A stretch of 64,000 bases of DNA from Chitinophagaceae bacterium (GTDB lineage Bacteria; Bacteroidota; Bacteroidia; Chitinophagales; Chitinophagaceae). The position numbers and the translations under genes were made by a program. The DNA is taken from the NCBI GenBank assembly GCA_031368105.1, contig JANLQY010000121.1:7975-71974 (forward strand), in the 5' to 3' direction. Below, piece after piece: positions 35,345 through 44,502 of the stretch. The notes under the pieces are model-generated. The model was not told where the DNA came from and did no database searches. It worked only from the letters and a program-made list of their open reading frames with translations. Position 1 is the first letter of the stretch, and the number at the start of each line of letters is the position of its first letter.

Positions 35345-36493
35345 CTAATTTGAAGAAGCCCTTTTAATTTTAAGTTTACCAAACCTGTTCTTTACATCAT
35401 CAATTGCTTTGTACAAATCTGTTTTTCTTTCTTTGTCATCAAACAATGTGGCTTGTATGGCTTCATGAGTAAGTTCACTTAAACGTACACCCAGCAGGCG
35501 TATGGGCTGGCCTTTTTTGTATAATTGGTGAAACAGTTTTTTTACTACCGGGATGATCTCATCATCGGAACAGGTGTAGGGAATGGTGGTTTGTTTGGAA
35601 GTAGTTTCAAAATCGGGGTAACGAATCTTTACCGCAACACAGCCGACTACTTTTTTATCCTGCCGCAATTCAAACGCAATTTTTTCTGTGAGCCTTACAA
35701 TTTCACTCATTAAAAAATCAAGGTCAGTTTTATTTTCATCAAAAGTATTTTCTGAGGATACTGATTTTGATTCATGGTATTGCAGTACTTCGCTGTTGTG
35801 TATGCCAAAACTTTTATTCCACAAATCAATGCCCCATTTACCAAGTCTTTCCTCCAGCTCTTCTTTGTTTTTTTTACTTACATCGCCAATGGTATAAATA
35901 CCCATTGCCTTCAGCACTTCATGTGTATGCTCTCCCACACCGGGAATTTTATCAACATTAAGCGGTGCTAAAAATTCTTTTTCTTTTCCAAAAGGAATTT
36001 GCAGGTAACCATTTGGCTTAGCTGCATTGGTGGCAATTTTTGCCATCATTTTGTTGCAGGACAATCCGAAAGAAATGGGCAACTGTGTTTCCTCCATGAT
36101 TACTTTACGCAAATCAATTGTCCATTGCAGGGGATTGAAAAATTTTCCCATCCCGGTGAGATCGAGATAAAATTCATCAACAGAAGCTTTTTCAAACAAA
36201 GGGGCTTTGGCTGCAATAATCTGTGTAACCCAACGGGAATAGCGGCTGTATTCTCCACGGGTGCCTTTTACTACAATTGCCTGTGGGCAAAGCTGTAATG
36301 CTTTTTTAGATGGCATACCAGAATGAATACCAAATTTCCGGGCTTCGTAACTGCAGGCAGCCACTACTCCCCTTTCGCTGCCACCTACAAACACCGGCTT
36401 GCCTTTCAGTGATGGATTATTTAAAATTTCTACTGAAACAAAAAAAGAGTCTAAGTCAAAATGGGCTATTATGCGTTGAGGTTCTTTATTCAC
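35345..36493 (-). CDS. dinB: DNA polymerase IV
   Basis: It contains IIAHFDLDSFFVSVE, SVDEFYLDLT, the hairpin-helix IPGVGEHT, and a little-finger domain. Confidence 0.92.
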   Translation of the reverse strand: MNKEPQRIIAHFDLDSFFVSVEILNNPSLKGKPVFVGGSERGVVAACSYEARKFGIHSGMPSKKALQLCPQAIVVKGTRGEYSRYSRWVTQIIAAKAPLFEKASVDEFYLDLTGMGKFFNPLQWTIDLRKVIMEETQLPISFGLSCNKMMAKIATNAAKPNGYLQIPFGKEKEFLAPLNVDKIPGVGEHTHEVLKAMGIYTIGDVSKKNKEELEERLGKWGIDLWNKSFGIHNSEVLQYHESKSVSSENTFDENKTDLDFLMSEIVRLTEKIAFELRQDKKVVGCVAVKIRYPDFETTSKQTTIPYTCSDDEIIPVVKKLFHQLYKKGQPIRLLGVRLSELTHEAIQATLFDDKERKTDLYKAIDDVKNRFGKLKIKRASSN

Positions 36494-36513
36494 TTTACTA
36501 ATTTACAAATAAA

Positions 36514-37038
36514 TTACCTGTAAATATCCAGCAAGCCATCCGGCAAGGTTACAAATACTTTCCTGTTTTTCAAATCAATTTTTTCCAGTGATCCTTCATG
36601 AATGGGTATCAATGCTTCTTTGCCATCCAGTAAAATAGTACACAGAATTTGGTGAGGCTGTTCTATCACTTCCTGTATTTCGCCCAGATCCTGTCCATCA
36701 TTTATCATATTAAAACCAAGCATGGCAATAGGTGATGATTTGGCAGCAAATTTTTTAAAATCGTCTTCTGCTAGCCATATTTCTTTAGGAGTTAATTTCC
36801 TGGCAACTTCTTTATTGTCTATTCCTTCTAATTTTATAAATACCTCTCCGTCGTTTTTTATGGAGGTGGAACTAATAAAATAAGGCATAAAATTGTCTTT
36901 CCCTTCTTCAATAAAAATTGTTTCCAGCCCCTTTAAAGAAGTTTTTTTTCCAAGGTTGTGCTGTAATACCAAATCACCTTTTAACCCATGACTGGCGGCA
37001 AATTTTCCTATTTTAAAATACTGGCTCATGCGGTGCAA
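36514..37038 (-). CDS. rimM: 16S rRNA processing protein RimM
   Basis: It has FKIGKFAASHGLKGDLVL and a PRC-barrel C-terminus. An alternative start (MSQYF) lies at 37029. It is downstream of rpsP, which is the usual order. Confidence 0.85.
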   Translation of the reverse strand: MHRMSQYFKIGKFAASHGLKGDLVLQHNLGKKTSLKGLETIFIEEGKDNFMPYFISSTSIKNDGEVFIKLEGIDNKEVARKLTPKEIWLAEDDFKKFAAKSSPIAMLGFNMINDGQDLGEIQEVIEQPHQILCTILLDGKEALIPIHEGSLEKIDLKNRKVFVTLPDGLLDIYR

Positions 37039-37133
37039 GATAGTTAGAAGCTATTTAAAATAAAGGCATCCCACGCAAAGGCACTAAGTAAATTAAGAGG
37101 CAAAGAAATATTAGTTTGCATCTTTTATGGAAA

Positions 37134-37164
37134 CAAAAAAAGCAACCTCAAATGGAGATTGCTT
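37134..37164 (-). terminator. Weak candidate attenuator/terminator between rpsP and rimM
   Basis: On the minus strand, AGCAA-N13-TTGCT is followed by TTTTTTTG. The stem is short. Confidence 0.35.
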
Positions 37165-37190
37165 GAAAGAATTCACGGAACAGAGGTGAT

Positions 37191-37670
37191 TTATTCTTCT
37201 GTCTTGGTTTCTTCTGCCGGAGCTTCAGGTGCCGGAGCCACTGGTGTTGCTACCGCTTCTACTTTCTTTACTACCGGTTGGTTGCGGCTATCCTGGCGGG
37301 CCTTTCTATGGGCTCCCTGGCGCCTGGCCACATGAGCATCATGCTCAGTACTCCATGCAGTAAATTTTTGCATTGCAGCAGCTTCATCAAAAAGGCCTAA
37401 GCTTACACCTCTCAGCAAATGTTTCAGGAACAATACCCCTTTGAAAGAAAGGATACGGCGTACGGTGTCAGTTGGCTGTGCACCTTTGTGTAACCAGTCC
37501 AAAGCTTTTTGACGATCAATCTGGATAGTTGCAGGAACAGTCAGTGGATTGTACGTACCGAGTTTCTGAATAAATTTGCCATCACGAGGGCTTCTACCAT
37601 CTGCTACAACGATGAAATAGAAGGGTCTTTTTTTAGACCCGTGGCGTTGCAGTCTCATTTTAACAGCCAT
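37191..37670 (-). CDS. rpsP: 30S ribosomal protein S16 with an Ala/Pro/Glu-rich C-terminal extension
   Basis: It begins [42 protein letters not shown]. Confidence 0.95.
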   Translation of the reverse strand: MAVKMRLQRHGSKKRPFYFIVVADGRSPRDGKFIQKLGTYNPLTVPATIQIDRQKALDWLHKGAQPTDTVRRILSFKGVLFLKHLLRGVSLGLFDEAAAMQKFTAWSTEHDAHVARRQGAHRKARQDSRNQPVVKKVEAVATPVAPAPEAPAEETKTEE

Positions 37671-38048
37671 AAAAAATAGAAATTTTTTTGGGTTGTGAAT
37701 AAATAGGGTTTATTTCCTTAAATAAGGATGGCGAAGATAATGAGCTAAGCAACAAAATCCAAATATTTGTAAGAGCCGGGGGATAATTCCCGGTTTTGAT
37801 TCTTTTACCAACTCGTTATTCTTTATTTTTTTTCAAAAAGAACGGCACAGGTACTGTTGGTATTACCTTATAAATCAGTAAATATAAAAATATCTTCTGA
37901 TATTCTGAATGATAAATGCAGCTGAAAGCGGCACTGCCAGCTGATTAAAAAAATAATTCACCTCTGAAAATAAAAAGGCATTTGAAGGGATGCAGGAGTT
38001 AGATAAAGTGAACCGGTAAAAACTCATTGACTTTTGCAATTGAAAACG

Positions 38049-38651
38049 CTAATCGGTAAATTTTCCGCCAGCATTTATCCAGTTGGTAATAATGTCTTTT
38101 TCAGACTGGGGCAAAGGACCTGACTGCGGCATGGTACCTTCATCCACCGCCCTTACTTTTATCCTGCCTTTGAACTGTACAATATTACAATCCACTGCCC
38201 AGTTCATCCCGCCATTTTGAACGGTATTGTTGTGGCAGCTCTGCTGGCATTTTGTAGTCATTAAATTTTTAACAGCAGTAAATAATGCCCCTGCACTGCC
38301 CGGTGCAGCCACTGTTACAGCTGCCGATTTTTCACAACCACCAGCATCTTTTGCAAAGACGTTGTAGGTACCAGCACTAACGTTGCTGAATAGCCCGGAA
38401 GACTGGTAGGTACCGCCACTGTTTAATTTATAAGTAAATCCGGCACTTCCAGTAGCCGATGCGGTAATACTGCCATTATCTCCACAGGGAGTAGCTGCCA
38501 CAGGCACAGACGAGACAATAATTGTTTTGCCGGCACAAGGATCAACAGGTGGCGGGGCTGGAACTGTTTCTTTTTTACTGCATGAAATAAAAAAAAGTGC
38601 TGCTGAAAATATCAATAAAAAACTGACTGAAATAAATTTTGAGTGTCGCAT
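38049..38651 (-). CDS. Lipoprotein with one SprB-type repeat and a C-terminal cytochrome-c-like domain carrying CQQSCH (CX3CH) instead of CXXCH
   Basis: It has a lipobox-like FFISCS. The SprB-like repeat is CGDNGSITASATGSAGFTYKLN...LFSNVSAGTYNVFAKDAGGC. The C-terminus reads KCQQSCHNN...MPQSGPLPQSEKDIITNWINAGG, resembling planctomycete-type cytochrome c domains. Confidence 0.55.
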   Translation of the reverse strand: MRHSKFISVSFLLIFSAALFFISCSKKETVPAPPPVDPCAGKTIIVSSVPVAATPCGDNGSITASATGSAGFTYKLNSGGTYQSSGLFSNVSAGTYNVFAKDAGGCEKSAAVTVAAPGSAGALFTAVKNLMTTKCQQSCHNNTVQNGGMNWAVDCNIVQFKGRIKVRAVDEGTMPQSGPLPQSEKDIITNWINAGGKFTD

Positions 38652-38713
38652 AAAGTGGTTTTGTATTGAATCGTTTACTACTTCATAATAGTTGCCTCAC
38701 CCCAAAAATTTAA

Positions 38714-40153
38714 TCAATGTTTTTTAGATGGCTGATATTTGAGACCTATTTGTAAAGCAGTTGAAAATAGCTTTACCATTCCATCTCCAACGCCGGATAT
38801 TGGCACACTAAAAGATGGCTCTGCCAACAGGGAAATTGTGGAAGATAATTTTCTTTCGATACCAGCGGAGAAAGTAAGCATAGAAAATAAGTTTTTGTTG
38901 CCGGTATATTCCCAAAATGTTTCATGGTAAACACTATTCCTTGTATAGTAGTAATTATAATCTTCCTTTTTCATGATATAGGAAGAAATACCCATTGCAG
39001 CATAATAAGCAGTGGCAGGCTTTTGTATAAAATTATATTTCACTGTTAATGGTATTTCATACACCAGGCAGGCCGCATTTACTTTTGTTATCTGTACCAT
39101 ATTCCAGTAAGACCCTTCTTTGGGATGATAATCACCCGGGCCTGCTGTGTATTTTTTATTGGTTATATAAAAACCTGTTTGCACCGCCAGTTTATTATTA
39201 AATTGGCAGCCAATCCCAATTCCATACTTTGGGGTGATGATGCTGTTGGCATAAGAAAATAATTTTACAGATCCTGCATCTGCCCCTGCTGATGCCAGCA
39301 GATACAGGCCTTTTACTTTCTGGTTTTTCTTCTTTACCACAACAGCTTTAACTTTTACAATATTGCTGTCTTTTTTATTTTCGTTTTGCTGCAGTGTTGT
39401 ATTTTTCTCACTATCCTTTTCATTATTTTGTATCACTGATGGTGTGACTACTTTTTCATCCGGTTGATTTTGTCTTACAACTGCTTCGGTTTTACTATTT
39501 TCTTCGACCTCTTTCTTTTTTGATAAAGATGCAAGAATATCAGCTTCCTGTTCTGCAACTATATTTTCTTTACTTACAATTTTGACAGCCGTATTTTTTT
39601 TACTGTAAAATGAAATATTTTTTTTGTCTTTATTTTTTGCCAGCCTATTTCTTTTATCAACTTCAGTGATTGATTTTTCAACTTGTGATGAGACATTAAT
39701 ATCTGCAATCGCCGAAATTATTTTCTGCTTACTTACTGCATTTATTTCCTGTTGAGCCAGCTCATTTACTTTAGCAATATTGCCAGGTTTATTTTCCGGG
39801 GCTTTTACTTTATCCTCTGCTGTTGGGGCTTTGGTATTATCAGCAGCAAATATTATTTTTTCTTGATTGACAGCATTATTTTTTTCCTGGTTGTCGGTAT
39901 TGGATTTAAGAATGCCAGCATCAGTTGTTTGTAAGGATGCTGATGGTTTTAATATTTTATAAGTGCCCCATGTGCCGGCAACAAATAAAGGCAACACAAA
40001 CAACCACCAGAAAAAAGGTCTGCGTTTCTTTTCTTCTTTATCCAATAAAGCCTCCATTTTATCCCATGCCTGCTCATCAAAAGCCTGCTGGCTGTTTTCG
40101 GCAGCCTGCTTTATCCTGTTTTCAATATATTCAAATTGCTTTTTGTTGTCCAT
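38714..40153 (-). CDS. Anti-sigma-like membrane protein with a long K/E/N-rich linker and a C-terminal outer-membrane beta-barrel domain
   Basis: The short cytoplasmic N-terminus (EQAWDKMEALLDKEEKKRR) is followed by one TM (PFFWWLFVLPLFVAGTWG) and ~230 aa of low-complexity linker. The last ~190 aa show alternating beta-strand patterns and end in LQIGLKYQP. The gene overlaps the ECF sigma gene by 23 nt. Confidence 0.55.
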   Translation of the reverse strand: MDNKKQFEYIENRIKQAAENSQQAFDEQAWDKMEALLDKEEKKRRPFFWWLFVLPLFVAGTWGTYKILKPSASLQTTDAGILKSNTDNQEKNNAVNQEKIIFAADNTKAPTAEDKVKAPENKPGNIAKVNELAQQEINAVSKQKIISAIADINVSSQVEKSITEVDKRNRLAKNKDKKNISFYSKKNTAVKIVSKENIVAEQEADILASLSKKKEVEENSKTEAVVRQNQPDEKVVTPSVIQNNEKDSEKNTTLQQNENKKDSNIVKVKAVVVKKKNQKVKGLYLLASAGADAGSVKLFSYANSIITPKYGIGIGCQFNNKLAVQTGFYITNKKYTAGPGDYHPKEGSYWNMVQITKVNAACLVYEIPLTVKYNFIQKPATAYYAAMGISSYIMKKEDYNYYYTRNSVYHETFWEYTGNKNLFSMLTFSAGIERKLSSTISLLAEPSFSVPISGVGDGMVKLFSTALQIGLKYQPSKKH

Positions 40154-40718
40154 ACAATTTTTCTTTTGCCGCTTTCAGCATTTTTTGAATATTCATTCTT
40201 GCTTTTGCAAGGTTCGATTTGGAAGTGCCCACAGAAATATTTAACTGCTGTGCAATCTCTTCATGCTTATACCCATCTATTATATGCAGGTTAAAAACGG
40301 TGCGGTAGCTGGGTGAAAGTGATTGTACCATCCCGATAATTTCTTTGTAAGACATGGAATCAACTGCTGTTTCTAAAGTGTCCGTTATTTCAGCATGAGT
40401 CCCATCTATTTCGCCGGTTAAGTAATTATTTTTATTTTTCCTAAAATGGTCAATAGCAGTATTTATAAGGATTGTTTTCATCCAGCCCATTAATGATGCT
40501 TCATAATTTTCGTGCCGGGGATTAAATGACCCAATATTTTTAAAAACTTTTAAAAACCCATCATTTACCACTTCCATTGCATCATCGTGTGAATTACAAT
40601 AACGCATGCAAATACCCACTGCAAAGCCGTAGTATGAATGATAAAATTCCTTCTGGCTTTGCCTATTTGCTTTTACGCAACCCTGAATGATATGGATGAG
40701 TTGCTGCCGCTCTGGCAA
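40131..40718 (-). CDS. ECF-type RNA polymerase sigma-70 family factor
   Basis: Region 2 reads FYHSYYGFAVGICMRYC...DAMEVVNDGFLKVF and region 4 reads YRTVFNLHIIDGYKHEEIAQQLNISVGTSKSNLAKAR. It appears to start with TTG. Confidence 0.88.
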   Translation of the reverse strand: MPERQQLIHIIQGCVKANRQSQKEFYHSYYGFAVGICMRYCNSHDDAMEVVNDGFLKVFKNIGSFNPRHENYEASLMGWMKTILINTAIDHFRKNKNNYLTGEIDGTHAEITDTLETAVDSMSYKEIIGMVQSLSPSYRTVFNLHIIDGYKHEEIAQQLNISVGTSKSNLAKARMNIQKMLKAAKEKLYGQQKAI

Positions 40719-40852
40719 AATTTTTATTTTTTATGGTTGATCCTTTAATCTTTAATTATTGCTGATTTATTGAAACAATCGAGATTAAAGAGAAAATGGT
40801 TGCTTTTAATGCTAAAATAAAGTTACCATAAATTCGGGGCATTTATGCAAAC

Positions 40853-40880
40853 AAAAACAGCTGGCATTACCCAGCTGTTT
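40853..40880 (-). terminator. Rho-independent terminator after ffh
   Basis: On the minus strand, AAACAGCTGG-GTAATG-CCAGCTGTTT is followed by TTGTTTG. Confidence 0.7.
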
Positions 40881-40903
40881 CTTATTATTATTTATATCTG
40901 ATG

Positions 40904-42226
40904 TTATCTTTTGCCCATTCCCGGCATACGGCCCATTGGCATTTTATTCATCATTTTCATCATTCCTTTCATCTGCTCAAATTGTTTTAAAAACTGATTG
41001 AGCTCTGCAATGTCTTTACCGCTGCCTTTGGCAATACGCTGTTTTCGGCTTGGATTGATTACATCCGGATTTCGTCTTTCCTCCACCGTCATAGAGTTGA
41101 TCATGGCTTCAATGCCTTTAAAAGCATCATCATTAATATCTACATCTTTTATTTGTTTGCCCACTCCCGGTATCATGCCCATCAGGTCTTTCAGGTTGCC
41201 CATCTTTTTTATCTGCTGCAGCTGGATTTTAAAATCCTCGAAGTCAAATTGATTTTTGCGGATTTTCTTTTCCAGTTTGGCTGCTTCAGCTTCATCAAAT
41301 TGTTCCTGTGCTTTTTCTACCAAACTTACAATGTCACCCATCCCCAAAATACGCTGTGCCATCCTTTCAGGATAAAACACATCCAGTGTATCGAGCTTTT
41401 CTCCACTGCTGCTGAATTTGATTGGTTTGTTTACTGTGTACTTAATAGAAAGCGCTGCACCGCCACGGGTATCGCCATCTAATTTGGTCAGTACCACACC
41501 ACTGAAATCGAGCCGTTCATTAAATGCTGCTGCAGTGTTTACAGCATCCTGACCAGTCATACTATCCACCACAAATAATATTTCCTGTGGGTTGATGGCG
41601 GCTTTAATATTGGCCACTTCCGTCATCATCACTTCGTCTACCGCCAGGCGGCCGGCAGTATCAATAATGATAACATTTTTATTTTTCGACTTTGCCTCTT
41701 TAATCGCATTCTGCACAATTGCAACGGTATCTTTATTTTCCCTTTCTGAATAAACATCCACACCAATCTGCCCACCCAACACTTCCAACTGGTCAATCGC
41801 CGCAGGCCTGTAAATATCTGCCGCTACCAGCAATGGTGATTTCCCTTTTTTTGTTTTAAGGTAATTCGCCAGTTTGCCACTAAAGGTTGTTTTGCCACTA
41901 CCCTGCAAACCTGCAATTAAAATGATGGCGGGGTTGCCGGAAATATTAAACTCACTTTCCTTTCCTCCCATCAATTCTGTCAATTCATCCTGCACAATTT
42001 TTATCATCTGCTGACCGGGGTTAATCGACAGCAATACTTTGGCTCCTAAAGCTTTTTCTTTTATTTTATCAGTAAACTCTTTGGCAATTTTATAATTCAC
42101 ATCCGCATCTACCAGGGCACGGCGGATGTCCTTTACTGTATTGGCAATATTCAGTTCTGATATCCTTCTTTCACCTTTGATGTTCTTAAAGGCGCTTTCT
42201 AATTTTTCACTTAAAGAATTAAACAC
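40904..42226 (-). CDS. ffh: Signal recognition particle protein Ffh
   Basis: It has an NG domain with GLQGSGKTT, DTAGR and TKLDGD, and a Met-rich M domain (MKGMMKMMNKMPMGRMPGMG). Confidence 0.97.
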   Translation of the reverse strand: MFNSLSEKLESAFKNIKGERRISELNIANTVKDIRRALVDADVNYKIAKEFTDKIKEKALGAKVLLSINPGQQMIKIVQDELTELMGGKESEFNISGNPAIILIAGLQGSGKTTFSGKLANYLKTKKGKSPLLVAADIYRPAAIDQLEVLGGQIGVDVYSERENKDTVAIVQNAIKEAKSKNKNVIIIDTAGRLAVDEVMMTEVANIKAAINPQEILFVVDSMTGQDAVNTAAAFNERLDFSGVVLTKLDGDTRGGAALSIKYTVNKPIKFSSSGEKLDTLDVFYPERMAQRILGMGDIVSLVEKAQEQFDEAEAAKLEKKIRKNQFDFEDFKIQLQQIKKMGNLKDLMGMIPGVGKQIKDVDINDDAFKGIEAMINSMTVEERRNPDVINPSRKQRIAKGSGKDIAELNQFLKQFEQMKGMMKMMNKMPMGRMPGMGKR

Positions 42227-42252
42227 TTTTTATCTTTTTAATTTCCTGTAAT

Positions 42253-42281
42253 AAAAAAATAGTGAACCTTAAGGTTCACTA
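42253..42281 (-). terminator. Rho-independent terminator after rpoD
   Basis: The perfect palindrome TAGTGAACCTTAAGGTTCACTA is followed on the minus strand by TTTTTTT. Confidence 0.75.
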
Positions 42282-42309
42282 TAAATAAGTTTGCAAATGT
42301 AGGAAATCT

Positions 42310-43185
42310 TTATGCTCCTAAGTATGGTTTTAAAAGCTTGCACCGGGATACTGCCCTTAATTTGGTAATGGCTTTGTCTTTAATTTGCCTTACCCTTTCT
42401 CTTGTAAGGTTATAGCGTTCACCAATATCTTCCAGGCTCAGGGCATGATCTACGCCAATACCAAAAAAATACCGGATCACTTCTTTTTGCCTTTCTGTTA
42501 GGGTGCTTAAGGAACGGTTTATTTCTTCGGCTAAGGATGCACTGAATACCAGGTGCATATCCGTGCTTTCTGAATTCGGATTCTCCAGCACATCAATCAG
42601 TGAACCTTCTTCCCCTTCGGAAAAAGGCTGATCCATACTGATATGCCTTGCGGAGGCACCCAATGTTGCAGCCACTTCTTCTGTTTCTATTTCCAGGTAA
42701 AATGCAATTTCTTCTGCAGTGGGTTCTCTTTCAAATTCCTGTTCCAAATGCGAATAGGCTTTACTGATACGGTTAGTAAGACCCACTTTATTCAATGGCA
42801 GCCTTACTATCCTTGATTGCTCGGCTAATGCCTGCAGGATACTTTGGCGTATCCACCACACAGCGTAAGAAATAAATTTAAACCCACGGGTTTCATCAAA
42901 ACGCTGGGCTGCCTTTATTAAGCCTACATTCCCTTCATTGATTAAATCGGGCAAAGTAAGTCCCTGGTTTTGATACTGTTTGGCTACCGACACTACAAAA
43001 CGCAGGTTAGCCTTAGTTAATTTATCCAATGCCGTCTGGTTTCCCTGACGTATCAGCACTGCTAACTTTACTTCCTCTTCAGGACTAATCAATTCAACTT
43101 TACCAATTTCCTGCAGGTATTTTTCTAAGCTTTGGCTTTCACGGTTGGTAATTGACTTCGTGATTTTCAGCTGACGCATACTCAT
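42310..43185 (-). CDS. rpoD: Primary RNA polymerase sigma factor (short Bacteroidota-type RpoD/SigA)
   Basis: It contains [15 protein letters not shown], region 2 ([28 protein letters not shown]) and region 4.2 ([18 protein letters not shown]). An alternative start lies at 43179. Confidence 0.9.
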   Translation of the reverse strand: MSMRQLKITKSITNRESQSLEKYLQEIGKVELISPEEEVKLAVLIRQGNQTALDKLTKANLRFVVSVAKQYQNQGLTLPDLINEGNVGLIKAAQRFDETRGFKFISYAVWWIRQSILQALAEQSRIVRLPLNKVGLTNRISKAYSHLEQEFEREPTAEEIAFYLEIETEEVAATLGASARHISMDQPFSEGEEGSLIDVLENPNSESTDMHLVFSASLAEEINRSLSTLTERQKEVIRYFFGIGVDHALSLEDIGERYNLTRERVRQIKDKAITKLRAVSRCKLLKPYLGA

Positions 43186-43449
43186 AAGCCGTTGTATTTA
43201 AGGATTAAAATTAATTTTGGAAAACCATGTATAGTTATTTTTTGTTTAACGCAAATCAGTAAGTGTAATTTAAAGTTATTCTTTATATTAAACAAAAATT
43301 ATTTATCTGTGATCCCGCCACCATTAGAGAAAAGAATATTATGTTTAACTTATTGCAAAAAAGAATAAACAAAAATAATTGAGAAAATATTTTGTTGCCG
43401 CATTTTATTTGTTATTATTGCATTATTGAGGAAAAAATAATTTATTTGG

Positions 43450-43830
43450 ATGAGTAAGAAAGTTTTATATACGCTGGAATACCCCGTTAGATGTTCTCCA
43501 AGAATATTGTACGAATTTTTAAGTACCCCTGCAGGCCTGCAGGAGTGGTTTGCTGATAAAGTAGATGAAAGAGATGGCATATTCAGTTTTTCATGGAACG
43601 GCGCTGAGGAAAAAGCAGAACTAATGGAAGGTGAAGAAGATAAATACATACGTTTTCATTGGCTGCTTTCGCCCAAAGAAGAATACTTTGAACTTAGCAT
43701 TGATAGATCAGAAGTAACCAATCAAACCATACTGATAATAAAAGATTTTGCAGAAAAAAAAGAAGTGAAAGATCAAAGTCAGTTATGGGAATATCAGGTA
43801 AAAGACCTCTTTCACCGCCTTGGGGCTTAA
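43450..43830 (+). CDS. START-like / SRPBCC-superfamily small protein
   Basis: The 126-aa product reads LEYPVRCSPRILYEFLSTPAGLQEWFADKV...FSWNG, the N-terminal pattern of Aha1/START-like domain proteins. Confidence 0.65.
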   Translation: MSKKVLYTLEYPVRCSPRILYEFLSTPAGLQEWFADKVDERDGIFSFSWNGAEEKAELMEGEEDKYIRFHWLLSPKEEYFELSIDRSEVTNQTILIIKDFAEKKEVKDQSQLWEYQVKDLFHRLGA

Positions 43831-44444
43831 CCTGTTTTCAATAGTTTTATTAATTCGTCGAACGTGGTTGTTATAAAAACTTCCGCTTCCTGCCACTGCT
43901 GTAATGGTATCTTTTTTGCAATTTTTACAAACGGCTCACGGCTAACAATAGCCCAAAAATTTTCTTCAGTAAAATTTTGTATTGGCATGTAATTGCTTTC
44001 ATCAAAATGATGTTCCCACAAATCATCGTTTACACATACCCAAAAATTATTTTGTTGCAAATAATTAAAATGGTTCATCAGCCTGGGCAAATAATCATTT
44101 TTATGAATGCCGGATAATTGAAGTGTAACACTGAAAAAATTTCCCCACCAAAAAAATGTACGGATGGCAAAACTATCTTCCTTACTAAAGTATCTTGGAT
44201 AATCCAGCATCACATAAGGAAGCAGTTGATAATTTTCTCCTTTAGAAATTTTAGCCTGGGTGATAAAAACGTCTGTTGGCAACCAACTCTTTTCCCTTTC
44301 CAATTTATTTTGCAGGTGTGGCAACACATCGCCAAAAAGAGTATATACTTTTTGAATTATTATATGCTTGGTTAAAATCCAGTTAGTATTACATACCAAT
44401 TCCAGTTCCTTATCAGAAAGGGCTATTTTTGTGTTTTCAGTCAT
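43827..44444 (-). CDS. Hypothetical protein (205 aa)
   Basis: It is a long ORF with normal composition and is convergent with the START-like gene, overlapping it by 4 nt. No family recognised. Confidence 0.5.
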   Translation of the reverse strand: MTENTKIALSDKELELVCNTNWILTKHIIIQKVYTLFGDVLPHLQNKLEREKSWLPTDVFITQAKISKGENYQLLPYVMLDYPRYFSKEDSFAIRTFFWWGNFFSVTLQLSGIHKNDYLPRLMNHFNYLQQNNFWVCVNDDLWEHHFDESNYMPIQNFTEENFWAIVSREPFVKIAKKIPLQQWQEAEVFITTTFDELIKLLKTG

Positions 44445-44502
44445 TACAAATACAAGATAAACATTACTTTTAATAACCTTGCCTGGCGGCTATTGGGGCA
44501 CT

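Noticed and set aside
37770-37800. The hairpin CCGGG-GGATAATT-CCCGG followed by TTTT on the plus strand, as a possible sRNA terminator in the 378-nt rpsP upstream region.
   Set aside because: There is no plus-strand gene or recognisable promoter upstream, the stem is short, and the gap may simply hold the rpsP promoter. The evidence is insufficient to call an ncRNA.
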